DNA of 62,262 bases, the filler included, from Choristocarpus tenellus KU-1152 (Eukaryota > Protista > Phaeophyceae): assembly GCA_964200185.2 (NCBI GenBank). It is 13 parts of 13 records of this genome, joined end to end, with 100 filler letters (N's around TTAATTAATTAA, not from the genome) between each part and the next. Parts side by side here need not be neighbours in the genome. Positions count along the whole stretch, not along the records: positions 48,686 to 53,664 come from CAXNAD020012294.1; positions 53,765 to 58,418 come from CAXNAD020013615.1; positions 58,519 to 62,262 come from CAXNAD020018186.1; 10 more parts are not named here. The stretch is one strand, 5' to 3'. The first letter of the stretch is position 1. Each line of letters begins with the position of its first letter. Below are positions 50,089 through 62,262 of the stretch, in pieces. The notes below the pieces were generated by a model. That model saw only the letters and a program-made list of their open reading frames with translations, was not told the DNA's origin and did not search any database. A program made the position numbers and the translations under genes.

Positions 50089-53000
50089 ATGGAGGAGCAT
50101 TCGCATTTTCCTGCTTATAATTTGCCCCGTCGGTTTGGCCGAACTGCAGTGTACGGGACTAGGGCGAAGAGTAATGTGCCGTGTATGTCTGTCCTTCGAA
50201 AGTATTGGTGTGTGGTGTTGGGTGTCCTCTTTTTAGGTTTTCAAGGGTTTATGATATGGCGTAGGGTCTGTGATAGTCGCATGCCAAAGGCGGACTTGAA
50301 AGAGGGGAATAACAAAGGGGTTAGGTTGGTGGATGGGAGCACAGCTGGGGGCGTCTCACCCGATGAGCTTGTGGAAGAACGAAGGCAAGGGGCAGGGTTG
50401 TCAAGTATCGCCCACGTTTACAAACATCCGAACCTGTTGTTGGATGGACGGAAGGCTGTGGCTTTTGCTGTCACCATTACGAAGGATGGATATCATATGG
50501 ATGGAGCAGCGGTCCTCGCGGCGTCGATTGGTGAGATGCGCTTGGGGTGTTAGAGGATCTGGTGTTAGGACAAGGTAAATGTATTTATCTCCTATAATGT
50601 GGTTGGATACTGCAGTTTGTCAGAACCCCTCAATACATACAAAACGGTGTCTAGTGTACTTGTACGCGATCTTTGGCCTTGTTGACTGGTGCTTGCAGGA
50701 TGACATCTTTTGGGACCTCTAATTCTTCAGTACCTGTGACTATTTTCCCCTCAATGGTTGCTCCCATCACTAGAGAGTGTATCAGTACCTGGTGGAGCTG
50801 CAGCATAGTACCGTTGCGGTGTTGGGTGGTTGGTATCTTGGGGAATTTTGTTCATGATTCGGCGAACATGTTGGACACACTTCGCCCAAATCATCTTTCC
50901 CTTGCACTGTCCCGTCCCTTTTCAATCGTAAACCTTAACCTGTTTACGTACGAGTGCCGCTTTCTTCCTTCTGCTTCCTGGATGAACTGCCATAGATAAA
51001 GCGTGTGGTTCATCCGAATATTTTTGCGACCTTGTAGCCTTTGTTCACGAGGACGTGAAGGAAGCTTTGGCAGTCCTTCACCTCCTGGGTTTCAGGTATG
51101 CCTCTCTAACCCACCCCCACAACACCGCCTGTTCCTCTTCCCGGTGGCGAAATGTGATAATCAAGAAAGAACCCGTTGTCTGATGCGAGTGATTCAATGA
51201 TAGATGTTAAGTGATACATGCGATACAGGACACATTCTTCAATTTGTGTGAATAAGGGTCTTGAATTCTTCATTTCATCCCTTGCTTCCCTTTACCTCAG
51301 GCATCCTTTTCTTTGTTCATGTGGACATTTTGGGTATTTTTTCTTGTATTCACTCTATTTGTTCTTTACTGTCAATTGCATATTCCTTAGCCCCTGCACC
51401 AGTTTTTACCTAAGTCCCATGTGAGGGCGTTCATCCTCTACTAAATATTTTTATTTTTTTCCTGTGCTGTGTGTGATATTTGTAGAATAAAAGACCTTTT
51501 GATGGTTGGGGGGGGAGAGGCGCTACTACCTTTTTTGTTCTTCCCAAAGGATTTTTTTGATCAAGGAAGTAAGAAGCACAACCTGCAATTGCCCTCTCCA
51601 AGTGTGCTGAAGATGAATGCAATTATCTAACTGTGGCATTTTCATTCATCTGTATACACTGGTCTTGCCCTAGAGCAAGAAAGGATGCCTCTCAATCTCT
51701 CAAACATGAAGTTACTATTTTTATCAACACCTTTCTTAGCAATACTGACACATTGGTGGTTTGTTTTTGTCTGTGTATGGGCGTAGTCCATTGGACGAGT
51801 TCATTTCTGTTCTCGGCACTGCATTGTAGGGGTTTGAAAACATTGCTGCCCCTGGATAGTTCTCTGATATTTCACTGAGTGGAAGCAGTCAATGATTCTA
51901 TCAATTTTCCTGATTTGGTGACTCTGTGTATGCAAGCAAGACTGCATCCAATATGTATGTATGATAAGAGAAGAATTGTAGGCGTTTCTCTCCATTCCCC
52001 ATTCACCTCTCTCCGTTCCCCATTCACCCCCTCTGGATGTATTGTTAGGACAGTTGTGATGAAAGTCTTTTTGAAGTTGTGTACATCATTTTACTTTTGT
52101 ATCATACATCATTTTCGTTTTGTATCATACATCATTTTACTTTTGTATCATACATCATTTTACTTTTGTATCATACATCATTTTCCATGGAATGTAGGAA
52201 GTCACCTTGATGTGCATGCATCCTTCCTTTCATTGGAAGGTGGTAGCACAATTATCCATAACCCTAAAAGGTTGACACTGCTCTTCTCCATGTTATGATT
52301 GGTTCTGTGTGTGTGTAGTGTGTATGTGTGTATGTGTGTATGTGTGTATGTGTGTTTGTCGTGAGTACATGCATGACCCTTGTGTTGACTGTTTTGTTTT
52401 GACTGCCCTCTTCCTGTGAGACTCCTTGGGGGAAGCACTACCGTTGACTTTGTAGATAGTGTTCTGTTTGTAGATAGTGATAGTGTTCTGTTTGTAGATA
52501 GTGATAGTGTTCTGTTGATTGTTCTCGGGATCAGAAAAAATATTATTATGTAGGGTTAGGGTTAGTAATTCTTAGGTTTGCCTTGACGTGGTTGTGCCTT
52601 GTCTGTATGCTAATTAGGTTTGATTTAATTCTGTTCTATTTTGAGAATTGCTTAATTCCGTTTCAATACCTCCTCTTCTCCCCTGGTAATTCCCCAATGG
52701 TGGCTGTGGATATTCAATGCACAGTCTGTACTTTATTGGGCAGAGGTTAGTTTCAATCTACGTTTTTTGACTCCTCCATTACTCCTTTTGGTCTTTTCCC
52801 CTCCTGCTATCCTGTGTGTACACTGATTCACCTGATATTGATTGTCATAAATCGTGATGTAAGATATTGCACTATGTAATGTATTGTGAAGGCATGCTAA
52901 TGATTGTCATAAATCAAGCCTAACATTTTCTTGACACAGGAGGACTAGTTTGCCTTCTTGTGATGCTTGATTTCCAGAACCTTAGAGGTCCTTTTCATAT

Positions 53001-53145
53001 AGCTGAACTGTGATGCTAGGTGTGGTAGTAGTATCTCATGTTGTGAGCCCTTGTTTGTCCTGTTCTGAATGGTGATATGTCGTCTGGTGGGCCTAGGGTG
53101 ATCAAGAAGCCGCTCCCTGTGATGCTGGAGGAGATAAAAGATGAG
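50089..53145 (+). CDS. Type II membrane glycosyltransferase, GT8-like, 5' exons 50089-50530, 50996-51095, 53097-53145
   Basis: N-terminal transmembrane segment (YWCVVLGVLFLGFQGFMIW), then VAFAVTITKDGYHMDGAAVLAASI|DKAC..DLVAFVHEDVKEALAVLHLLGFR|VIKKPLPVMLEEIKDE, resembling the GT8/glycogenin-like N-terminus. Phases are consistent; the DxD region is off-contig. Confidence 0.72.
52083..52184. repeat. Tandem repeat, about 23-bp unit x4
   Basis: ACATCATTTTACTTTTGTATCAT repeated. Confidence 0.85.
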
Positions 53146-53764
53146 GTCATTAGCAAATCATTAGTGTAATTGCCTCAACTCATATCAAACACCAAGTACA
53201 ACACATTAGTGCAATTGCCTCAACTCATATCAAACACAATACAAGTACAACACACTGACAATAAACATATCTAAGAACACACTATTGAAACATTTGAGTC
53301 TGGTGGAACCATGCACTCATGGTCTCGCTAACCCTAACCCTAACCCTATAGTATTTTTAGAACCAAAGAACATAGGGTTAGAATTGATTTTGATAGAAAT
53401 ATTTTAATTATTTTGATTGAACTGTCAGCGCACGAGCTTTCCTGCGTGTGAAACGCACAAAGATTACCAAGTGGTGCTTGGTGCTGTGAGGCAAGAACTT
53501 CAAAGTATTTGCCAGTCATGAATTAGTAGTGAGTTGTGGGTAGTGACACCATCTAACTCTAACCCTAACCCTAACCCTGACCGGGTTGTGTGGTTCTGTG
53601 AGCTCTGAGATGTTGATTCATATGTGTGTGGGTTAAAGTATCTGGGGGGGGGTGGTTTGTGAGGNNNNNNNNNNNNNNNNNNNNNNNNNNNNNNNNNNNN
53701 NNNNNNNNTTAATTAATTAANNNNNNNNNNNNNNNNNNNNNNNNNNNNNNNNNNNNNNNNNNNN

Positions 53765-55019
53765 GTATTCGGAAACCCTCTACCATTTCTGCCACCCTCA
53801 TCATCATGGGTCTGTGAGGCATTTCCACCCCCGGTTCTGGGGGAGGGCACCCTGGGGTCAGTCCATGGGCTGCCAGGGTTTGAAATAGCTCTAGGCTTAA
53901 TCAACACAGTCTCACAGGTCCCAGGTTCTGTCCCATGGCCCTTTGGCTTCAATATTCTCTGCGGTAATGCGCCTCCTTCCCCTTCTGCATTCATTGGAGT
54001 AGCGAAGGGTGGATTCTGATGAAAAACTCCGGTTGCAGAGGAAGGGGTGGAAGCTACAGAGGCAGAGGGAGCAGGGGCAAGGTGATATCCATGGACCAGA
54101 GGGGGAGATGTGGGTCGGGAGTTTTGAGAGGAGGCAGTCGGGGGGTATTCTGTTGTGCGGATGGGGGCTGGGGTGGTTGCTGAATGCGTGAGGGAAAATT
54201 GCGGATGGGGGCTGGGGTGGGGGGCACGGACAATCTGCGCATGACTAGTGACAGCAGCCGTAGGAGCTGTAACATTAGCTACTATTGGAACCATCTCAGC
54301 GGTAATGGCCTCCTGTGGGCCTGCACTCCTGTTACCAGAGGGGAGCATTGAGGGCACTGGAATCAAGCCGCCCCGTTCTCTCCCAGGACGTTGTTGATGC
54401 ATTCGAGAATCAGCAGGAATCCCCCATGAAGGTGCTGCAATCATCACTCGGGGACGTTTTACTGGCTGAGCACCACCTCCTTGGGATGGACCTCCTTGGG
54501 TCAGAGGCCCCAGAGCCGGCCAAGGCGACCCCCAGGCCGTCCCCGCCACCATGCCACCTGTCGTTCCTGGTACCATACCATGGATGTTGTGCTCTGTTCG
54601 ATACACCTCATCCGCTTCTGGTGCTGCAGCCCAGGCAGATGCCGCATTCGCAGCTGCAGGTGAGGATTTCTTGTTCATAGTTGCAGTAGTTGCAGTCACA
54701 GACTGAGAAGGACCAATACTCGCGGGCACAGCCGCTGATGCGCCCGAAGCCATCGCTGCATGAGCAAGGGCCCTTCCAGGCATTGCCTCTGCCGCTGGTA
54801 AAGTAAATGTTGCTGCGGGTGTTGCCAGTAATGCACTAGACGGTATAATTCGAGGCAGTGTTGCCCCTGATGATGTCAGCAACCTGGATGTCGCTAACGT
54901 TGCGCGTGAGATCAGTGGCGGCAACGTCACTTCAGCTTTTGAGGTGTAACTCGTGCCTGGCTGTATATCGTCAGGTTTGCGCTTGCGAGTTTCAGAGGTA
55001 AGTGGAGGTCCACCACAAC
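53765..55019 (-). CDS. Large low-complexity Ala/Pro/Ser-rich exon of an unknown protein
   Basis: More than 400 open codons running to the contig end; candidate acceptor AAG before 55019; NLS-like TRKRKP and VKRPRV. Confidence 0.6.
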
Positions 55020-57306
55020 CTTCGATCGATCCAGGCAGGGGTCAGGAATATGAGGGTAAGTGACTGTGAGCACGGGAGAGGTACAAGGAATGTACAGATT
55101 GAACATCGGTGCACGTCTCTTGCTATAAATTTGTATAGACCAAACGATGCAACCGCCGCACTATTGACCAATCCGTGCGAAAGGACAACTAAAAGCTCAA
55201 GATTTTCTAAACAGATAGGTCAGGGTCATTGTGGAAAGCCAAGCAGAGGAAAATATGGGGAAAGGGGTCTAGGCCACCAGTGGTGAGTCATGGATAGCAC
55301 AACAAGTGAGCTCGTTGACTACCACTCCATATTGGCTGCATTTCCCGGATATCCCTGCATCAGATAGGAGCCTAAGAGCTTCCATATAATAATGGGGAGC
55401 AACTTGTTAGATGGGAATAAATCATGTCGCAATCGCTGATGCAAAGTCCAGGACAGAATTCGAGCTCAGGCATCCAGTGGTACTTGAGCAGTAGAGGGTC
55501 GTTGCATTTACCCCAATCGCTAGTTGGTTGCAAATTCAGCAACAGAGATTGAGCGATCTTCGCTCTATACAGGATGTACGGACGCAAACCTCGATAAAAC
55601 CCCATCAGGGGAGTCGCAAAGAGAGCGCAGTCTTCTGCGGGATTACCAAATGCCCCTCAACACACCAAAGGTAGCCAGCAGTGGTCTGCTTTTCGCCAGC
55701 ACTTTTGAATCGACTAATCTGATCGACTGCCGTAAGAGAACCTAGCCTTAGCCTCAAACATTCAGGGGAAACGCCTCACCTCTATCATTTTGCATGGAGC
55801 TTGACGTGTCCTCTCAGGATGATGTGTGAGGACTGCAAAGACAATCCTCAATCCCCAAGCAATGACACAGGGGATTTCTCAAGGGGAGAGTAGGATCACC
55901 AATGGACCTTCCACAGGACCACTTCGGTTCAATACACAGTAGTGCAGGCACAGCTTCTGGACCTGAATTCTCTCGGTCACTGGTCATAGAGGAGGTATAC
56001 ACTAAAGTACAAGTACTCAGTAAGTACAACAATAAAAGCTTTATACTAATCCTCTATCTATACAAACAAACATAAGCACCACAGTTTCACAACGAAAACT
56101 AGCATGGATGTATACTTTTTCGACTTTTCGGTAGGAATTCGAAAAAAAGAAAATATAAATAAAATATAACAATAGATCCTACTTCTCACTTGCGTAGAGT
56201 ATGGAGTTGGAGGTCTATAGAGTTCTACTATTCAAAATATTTTCATCTGCTATTTCTTTGTCAGATTATTATTCTTCACATCTATAACGATAGCAATAAT
56301 AGTCAATAGTTCTAGAGGTCTGAGGTCCGCCCAAAGGTGGAGAAAAAGCAACAAGACAACACTGTCAGATGTATTATATATGATAATACTTGAGAAATTC
56401 CATAATGGTACAGATATTGGAAGAAAGAAACAGTTTTTTTTCACACTGACATTGTGAGATCTATGTCATTAACAAGATTCCAACATTCAACATCATATCT
56501 ACCGACCGAACTTTGTATACTACCGACCGATAGGTTTGAGTTTTGTTATTGTGGCATGAGATACCGACCTATTTTAGGGGCAGATCAATTTAAGTTACAG
56601 GGGGCAGATGATGTGGTTGGGAGGGCAAGGGTACAGGATGAATGGGGACCCTACTCGCACCGTTCGGCTTGAGGGCAGTGAGGCATCTAAATTAGAGGAA
56701 GTGAGGGTTGCTCGTAAAAAATATATACTTACCTCAACATGCAAGGAATAGAGTACGGTTGTTAATTATGTCCACTCCCCCTACTATGTTGAACGAATGT
56801 TTCTCTTCTGCCATGTACTGCAGGGTGGTAATAAATGCAGCGAGGCCCTTCGTGCTTCAACCTCGCTTCGAATGGGTGTAGTAGATTGGGATGACTATCT
56901 GCGTCCTTATTATCCCTTCTGTCGTAGCGAGAGAATGTCTTGATCGTTGCATCAATGTACCATATCGTACCGGGTGTTTCCTCATCAGATATTGTGAGGA
57001 AGCTATCAAAAGCTCATGATTGCACCCTACAAGAGAGCTATCTCTTCGATTGATAATCACAAATGAGAGGACTCCATTACTTGTGGGCCTGAACTATCCA
57101 CCCTTGAACTAATTTCTTTTGTATTTTAGCGATCCTACGACTCGTCGCTTTGGGCTATCCATCATCGACCTGCCTCTTGCAGCCTCGACTGAGTCCAATC
57201 ACGCAACCCAAGACGTGATGAACAGTTGTTCTAATGTCTTGGACTAAAGAAATTCTGTGGATTTTAGTTGTATCCCACCACGTGCCCTTACGTCGTGTGT
57301 TGGCAG

Positions 57307-58418
57307 ACATCTGAGGACCCAAGTTCCAGTGCCGAACCATCAACCAACAAGGTCATCATCAAGCGTGGAATGGTTTTCGATACCTGGGAGAAAGCATATG
57401 CTCTGGCAAATGATTACAGTGAACAAGAGGGCTACGAGAAGCCGTTACTTAGGTGCCTTACCCCAGTGCTTCCGGTTTATCAGCAAGTAGCCTTGATTTG
57501 TTTTGTAGACTCTAGATCCAAGTGCCGCAGGTGTCCACCATGGATAAGTGAAGGGAAAACTTAGTGTACTGGCACAAACAATCTACTTACGTCTTGACTT
57601 CTACCCCTTTTTCGCGGGCAGGGTACACGAGTGGGTCAAGGAGCCAAATGAGGCTGGCGAGATGGTAAGAGTGAAACCGAAAAAGGTTCACATCAAGTGT
57701 AAGTACGGTGGCCGACCGGAAAAGCCGAAGGGCAAAGGTTTAGTACCAAGAGTCAGCAGGAAGATTGGGTGTCCATTTCGTATCAACGCTTCCTCTACTG
57801 GAGAGGCTCAGAAGGCTCGCTTCAACAGCGTCAACTTGAAGCACACGTGCAACCAACGTTTCGAATTGGAGTTCAAAGTGAGCAAATCTTCCCTGTCCTC
57901 TTCATAGGTCGGACCTTGCATGTCATGGGTATTTGATCCCAGTGCCCGGCTTTCAACACAGCTGTTTTCCTTCTTGTATGGTCCCTCCTTGTGCTACGAC
58001 CCCAGCAAGTTGAAGGACGTAGGCCCTACTTTTCAACTGCCCAGTATCTTTCTTCACACTCGTGATCATATTTCAGCAGACGAACAGAGACAAGAGGATG
58101 TTTCAGGGCAATTGTGCCCCCCCCCTTTGGCTCAGAAGAACGTAATAGATGACCCAATTCATTTTAAATTCTTTTTTCATAGTTCCACTCAACCTCTTTG
58201 TTTTCCGTTCTCGATTATTTGGCTGACTCATTTACTCCCTGCCTGTCTGTCTGTCTGTCTGTCTGCCTGCCTGCCTGCCTGCCTGCCTGCACTGCACTGC
58301 CCTCTCTCAACTCGTTAACTCGTTCGACCAAACAGGCGCCGTTTCAGATCGCGACGAGCCGTACCATGCCACCCCCAACAACTTCTGTCACATCCACTGC
58401 TGAAATCCACAACCCCAA
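57307..58418 (+). CDS. FAR1-type (MULE-related, WRKY/GCM1-fold) DNA-binding domain protein; exons 57307-57452, 57622-57877, 58336-58418
   Basis: GMVFDTWEKAYALANDYSEQEGY..R|..IKCKYGG..SRKIGCPFRINA..VNLKHTC matches the FAR1 pattern GMxFxxxxxAxxxxxxYxxxxGF..C..G..GC..HxH; phases are consistent. Confidence 0.72.
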
Positions 58419-58518
58419 NNNNNNNNNNNNNNNNNNNNNNNNNNNNNNNNNNNNNNNNNNNNTTAATTAATTAANNNNNNNNNNNNNNNNNNNNNNNNNN
58501 NNNNNNNNNNNNNNNNNN

Positions 58519-58906
58519 GCCACGTCCGTTTGGGGGCCAAAATCCAGTGTTGCAAATTTGATGAAATTTCGACTATCGTGTTTGTTAAGAAGTGTCAATA
58601 TCCTTGTTCCGGACAAAACTTTTCATAACGTATACATTTTCCCTAAAAAATAAATACCTTAGAGGGTAGAGCCACGTCCGTTTGGGGGCCAAAATCCAGT
58701 GTTGCAAATTTGATGAAATTTCGACTATCGTGTTTGTTAAGAAGTGTCAATATCCTTGTTCCGGACAAAACTTTTCATAACGTATACATTTTCCCTACTC
58801 CAAAATGTTTTGGAGTAGAGAAAATGTCATAAAAAAAACCCTTGGGAAGCCAAGACCCAACAGACAAACAGGGGCAAAACTCGCACGCTCTAAGATACTT
58901 TCACTC
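58519..58906 (+). mobile_element. MITE family A with an internal direct duplication of about 126 bp
   Basis: 58519-58644 is identical to 58671-58796; the right TIR ends CTAAGATACTTTCACTC at 58906. Confidence 0.82.
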
Positions 58907-58930
58907 ACTTATCGACGCAAAACTTGTCAG

Positions 58931-59650
58931 GAGCGAGCTGGCCCAGCTAACCTGCCAGACTCCAATCGGTATTGGAAGATTGACAAGCAAGAGGTAAATC
59001 TCAAGGGACAGCTGGTGGAGTTGGAGGAGGACACTCGAAGACGCAACAGTGAATTCGAAGCTAAATTGCGGGCAATCGAGGAGCGCACGAGAAGGTACCA
59101 GTATTTTTCAGTTGCTTACAGGTGCATGTGCATGCTGATTGCTGCTTGCATAGCAGCCTAAATGCACCACATTTTGTAGCTGTGCTTCTCCTTTATTAGG
59201 ATACAGCATCAACCTCTTCAATATTAGACAAACTACTTACACATGTGTGTGTGTATTGTCTTCTCTCCACTCAATATTGTCACTTCATCTTTCGCCCTGG
59301 CGGATATTATACAAAGAAACGCTTCAACCAAGCTACAGAGTGGGTAATTTTTTTTCGACGGTAAAGGTATTCTTTTTCCTGGTGCTTGATGATAGCCCAC
59401 TTCAGCAAAAAAATGTCTTCGTTACCTCCTTTGAAATAACTGTATTGCAGTACTGATACATTCTTGATGGAGCTCTTTGAAGACATGAATATGTACTTTC
59501 TGTCCTTCCTTGTTCCCACCTGTGTCTCAAGGAAGCAAGCGGAAGCCAACACATTGAATCCTGCTTGGCCTTCACACAGTAGCAGGAAATTCCTCCAACA
59601 ACATAACATGCAAAAGAAAAATAATTATGCTGTAAATATATACTTTGAAG

Positions 59651-59681
<31 letters not shown>

Positions 59682-61784
59682 CACGGCATTTAGTTGGGGA
59701 TATCGCAAATGAAGGCATAGATATCTACCTACCTGCAGAGTCTTACAATTGACAACTGCTAGAAGTACTTGCTTTGCAATACGTTCGATGACCTCTGTGA
59801 TTTGTTTCAGCAAAGTTTAGCAGCTACTAATATATTGTATTCCACTATGCCATATTCAAGTGTGGTTATTTGTTCTACTTATCTCAAACCGCCAATCATT
59901 AATGGCAGGGTAGGACTGGAATTCGTCCAAACACATGTGTAAATTGTATTAACTAGTGTATTTGTTGCTGTACATAGTACCGAGGTAGTTTGCAACGAGT
60001 GGTCGTTCCAGCACAATTTCTAATGAGTTATTGCTCCCCTTCAGCAGAGCTCAGTACAAGGGGCTTGTAAATTATCCCATGGCCTGGGGTCCAGCATCAC
60101 AGAGGAGTTGATCCATGCCACAGTCTCTGAGGCTACCAACAAGCTATAGCACTGTGTGCATCGATTTATCTCTGAGCTCATTGTCCGTATACACTTTTCT
60201 AGTGCTTGCGTGAACAATGCTAGTGGAAAAGCTCAGCTATAAATGTGTGTGTGTGTGTGTGTGTGTGTACACCATAATGTACCGCATAGATACAGATAGA
60301 TGGATGATCTCCAAATTTACCAGGGTGTGATGTGACCAACACCTTTTCATGGTCCTGATAGGCCTTCAATATGCACGGCCCTCCAAATCAGGCTTGGAAA
60401 CAAAATCCCTCGACAAAGTGTTGTTCGTGTATCTAATACAAGGAAAGCGGTGTCGATGATGAAATCTCTTTCAGGGTCAGTGACCGTCACAGTGACCATC
60501 ATGCAGCACTCTTTTTACGCTCCTCAAGAAGTCACAGTCCTGTTGAAACGCAGCCAACTTCACACTATTAGTGTAACAGTCCTATCCATGAAGTATACAC
60601 GCTACTGCAGTGCAACAGTCCTATCCATGAAGTATGCACACTACTGTAGTGTAACAGTCCTATCCATGAAGTATACACACTACTGTAGTGTAACAGTCCT
60701 ATCCATCAAGTATGCACGCTACTCAGGCCTGCAGGGAATAAGTGTCCTCGGTGTGCAACGCAAGAGAGCAAATCGCGTTTTTCTGCTCGAGGTCTCTGGA
60801 CGCACAACTCCGGTGAAGCCCCCCCCACAAAAAAAAAAATCAAATAGATGTTACTGTGTCTGGGTAGCTCGGAAACTAGCCACCAGTTAGGACACTAATA
60901 GAACCAATACACCGGAGGAGTAAATAATTTATTCCTTCACAACTCCCTTTGGCCTGAGAACCGTCCTGACCCGTGGTCAGAGGCACTACACACCGCAAGC
61001 AATGCTTACCGTACTAACAACAATACCGGCTAACTGTTGCACCACAACAGCTAATGACTTATCTGCCTCCGACTGTGCCTTGCCTCTCGAGCCTTGGGTT
61101 CAGGCCATCGCCCCACCTTTTGTCTCTCCACCTCCCTTGAGTCTTGTGCTGAACTGGTTCCATCCTTTGGCGTGTTTCAGTGGTGAAGGCCTTGACACCT
61201 AGTTCTTGGTCTCGTGCACTTTGTTGTTACGCAGGTGTACAGTCCACACTGTTCTTATCGTGTAGAACTCAGATGGATAGTTGAAAGCACACCTCAATGA
61301 AGAGAAGTCTGGCATGCGATCCAGTTCAATTCAGAATAGGCCCATTACTTGGAATGGCCAGCCTCTTTAAGCCAACAAGATATAAGGATGCTCTGGATAT
61401 ATTTAAAAAAAAAGTGTTGTATGGATTTTTTTAATGGAAAGAGAATGTAAAAATGTGGTTGCGACATTGCGCTCATCACGAAATTTCTCATAAGCTTTTT
61501 ATTTTTTTCTGCACACGTTTCATTCTGAAAGCAGTTGCGTCAGTTTTGATTCTAGCCAACGTGTCGCCTACCTGTACTGTATACGCTTCACCCCTTACCT
61601 ATCCCTGCACTGGCTATCTCCTAGTCTGGGGCTAAGCATGGAAGAGGAAATGAAAGAATGTGAGAGTGGCCACAGAGCCGTCCTTGACACCTTAAAGGAG
61701 AGGCTTGATGGAGTGGTGCACGCAGTGGAGGAGAAGACTGAACAGTCAATATCTCAACAATTTGATATCGGGATGCTGGAACAG
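58931..61784 (+). CDS. Coiled-coil protein fragment; exons 58931-59094 and 61637-61784
   Basis: ..QLVELEEDTRRRNSEFEAKLRAIEERTR|SMEEEMKECESGHRAVLDTLKERLDGVVHAVEEK..; consistent phase-2 junction. Confidence 0.65.
60566..60724. repeat. Intronic minisatellite, 39-bp unit x4
   Basis: GTGTAACAGTCCTATCCATGAAGTATACACACTACTGTA repeated. Confidence 0.9.
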
Positions 61785-62188
61785 GTGAAGTGTTCTCCTC
61801 TTTTGAATGTGTGTATCTACACATATGCAAAAAAGTGTGTGCATACATATTCCAGGGTGTATGTTGCACAAAACATTCAAATGGGACTGTTGTGGGTTAC
61901 ATATATATGCTAATATATCAGGGATAGGGTTGTGATGGTAGCAGCTCAAGAATTGCTATGATTTATGTAATAGAAGACTGTTCATACTCCTGTTTTCGAT
62001 CATATTTTTATGGGTACCCTCTGTGTAGTTAGAATCAGCCGTTCATACTCTAGAACTCTTGACTAGATGTGCAGCATATATTTTCCTTGCAAATATATTT
62101 TCGACTCCCCCTCCTATCATGCCCTTGGGAGTTTGCCTCGTAGCACTCGGAGTCGATTACATTTAGTTCCCTGATTAGAATATTCTAA

Positions 62189-62262
62189 GACCCAAAGTAT
62201 CTGGGAGGGGGGGGGGTCTACACCAGGGTGTCCATTTGGACCAAAATCAGGAAAAGAGCATT
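62189..62262 (-). mobile_element. MITE family B end, truncated by the window edge
   Basis: GACCCAAAGTATCTGGGAGGGG..GTCTACACCAGGGTGTCCATTTGG; same orientation as 7006-7189. Confidence 0.78.

Noticed and set aside
58519-58796. Perfect 126-bp duplication as a recent biological event
   Set aside because: It lies at a contig edge inside a high-copy repeat and could equally be an assembly artefact.

Overview
This is eukaryotic nuclear DNA made of 13 unlinked short contigs joined by artificial 100-nt spacers (44 N + TTAATTAATTAA + 44 N), so adjacency across spacers means nothing. Long GT-AG introns, short exons and many interstitial TTAGGG/CCCTAA repeats suggest a stramenopile, probably a brown alga (inference). 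Gene fragments that can be rebuilt by splice phase: NOL6/UTP22, a FEX/CrcB fluoride exporter, an RDH12-like SDR, a FucP/MFSD4-like MFS transporter, a GT8-like glycosyltransferase, a FAR1-type DNA-binding-domain gene and four unknown genes. The window also has decayed Gypsy, Copia, LINE and pogo elements, two related MITE families with 3-bp target-site duplications (TSDs), and several minisatellites. The most notable feature is the apparently non-coding contig 23945-28083. It carries a roughly 480-nt-period array of one box C/D snoRNA family: five recognisable copies plus two decayed ones. The D-box guide (AGACUACAAUUC) is complementary to GAAUUGUAGUCU, a sequence I recall from near the 5' end of algal/plant LSU rRNA. 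A divergent hairpin recurs about 90-100 nt downstream of three copies. All calls are by eye; no searches were run.
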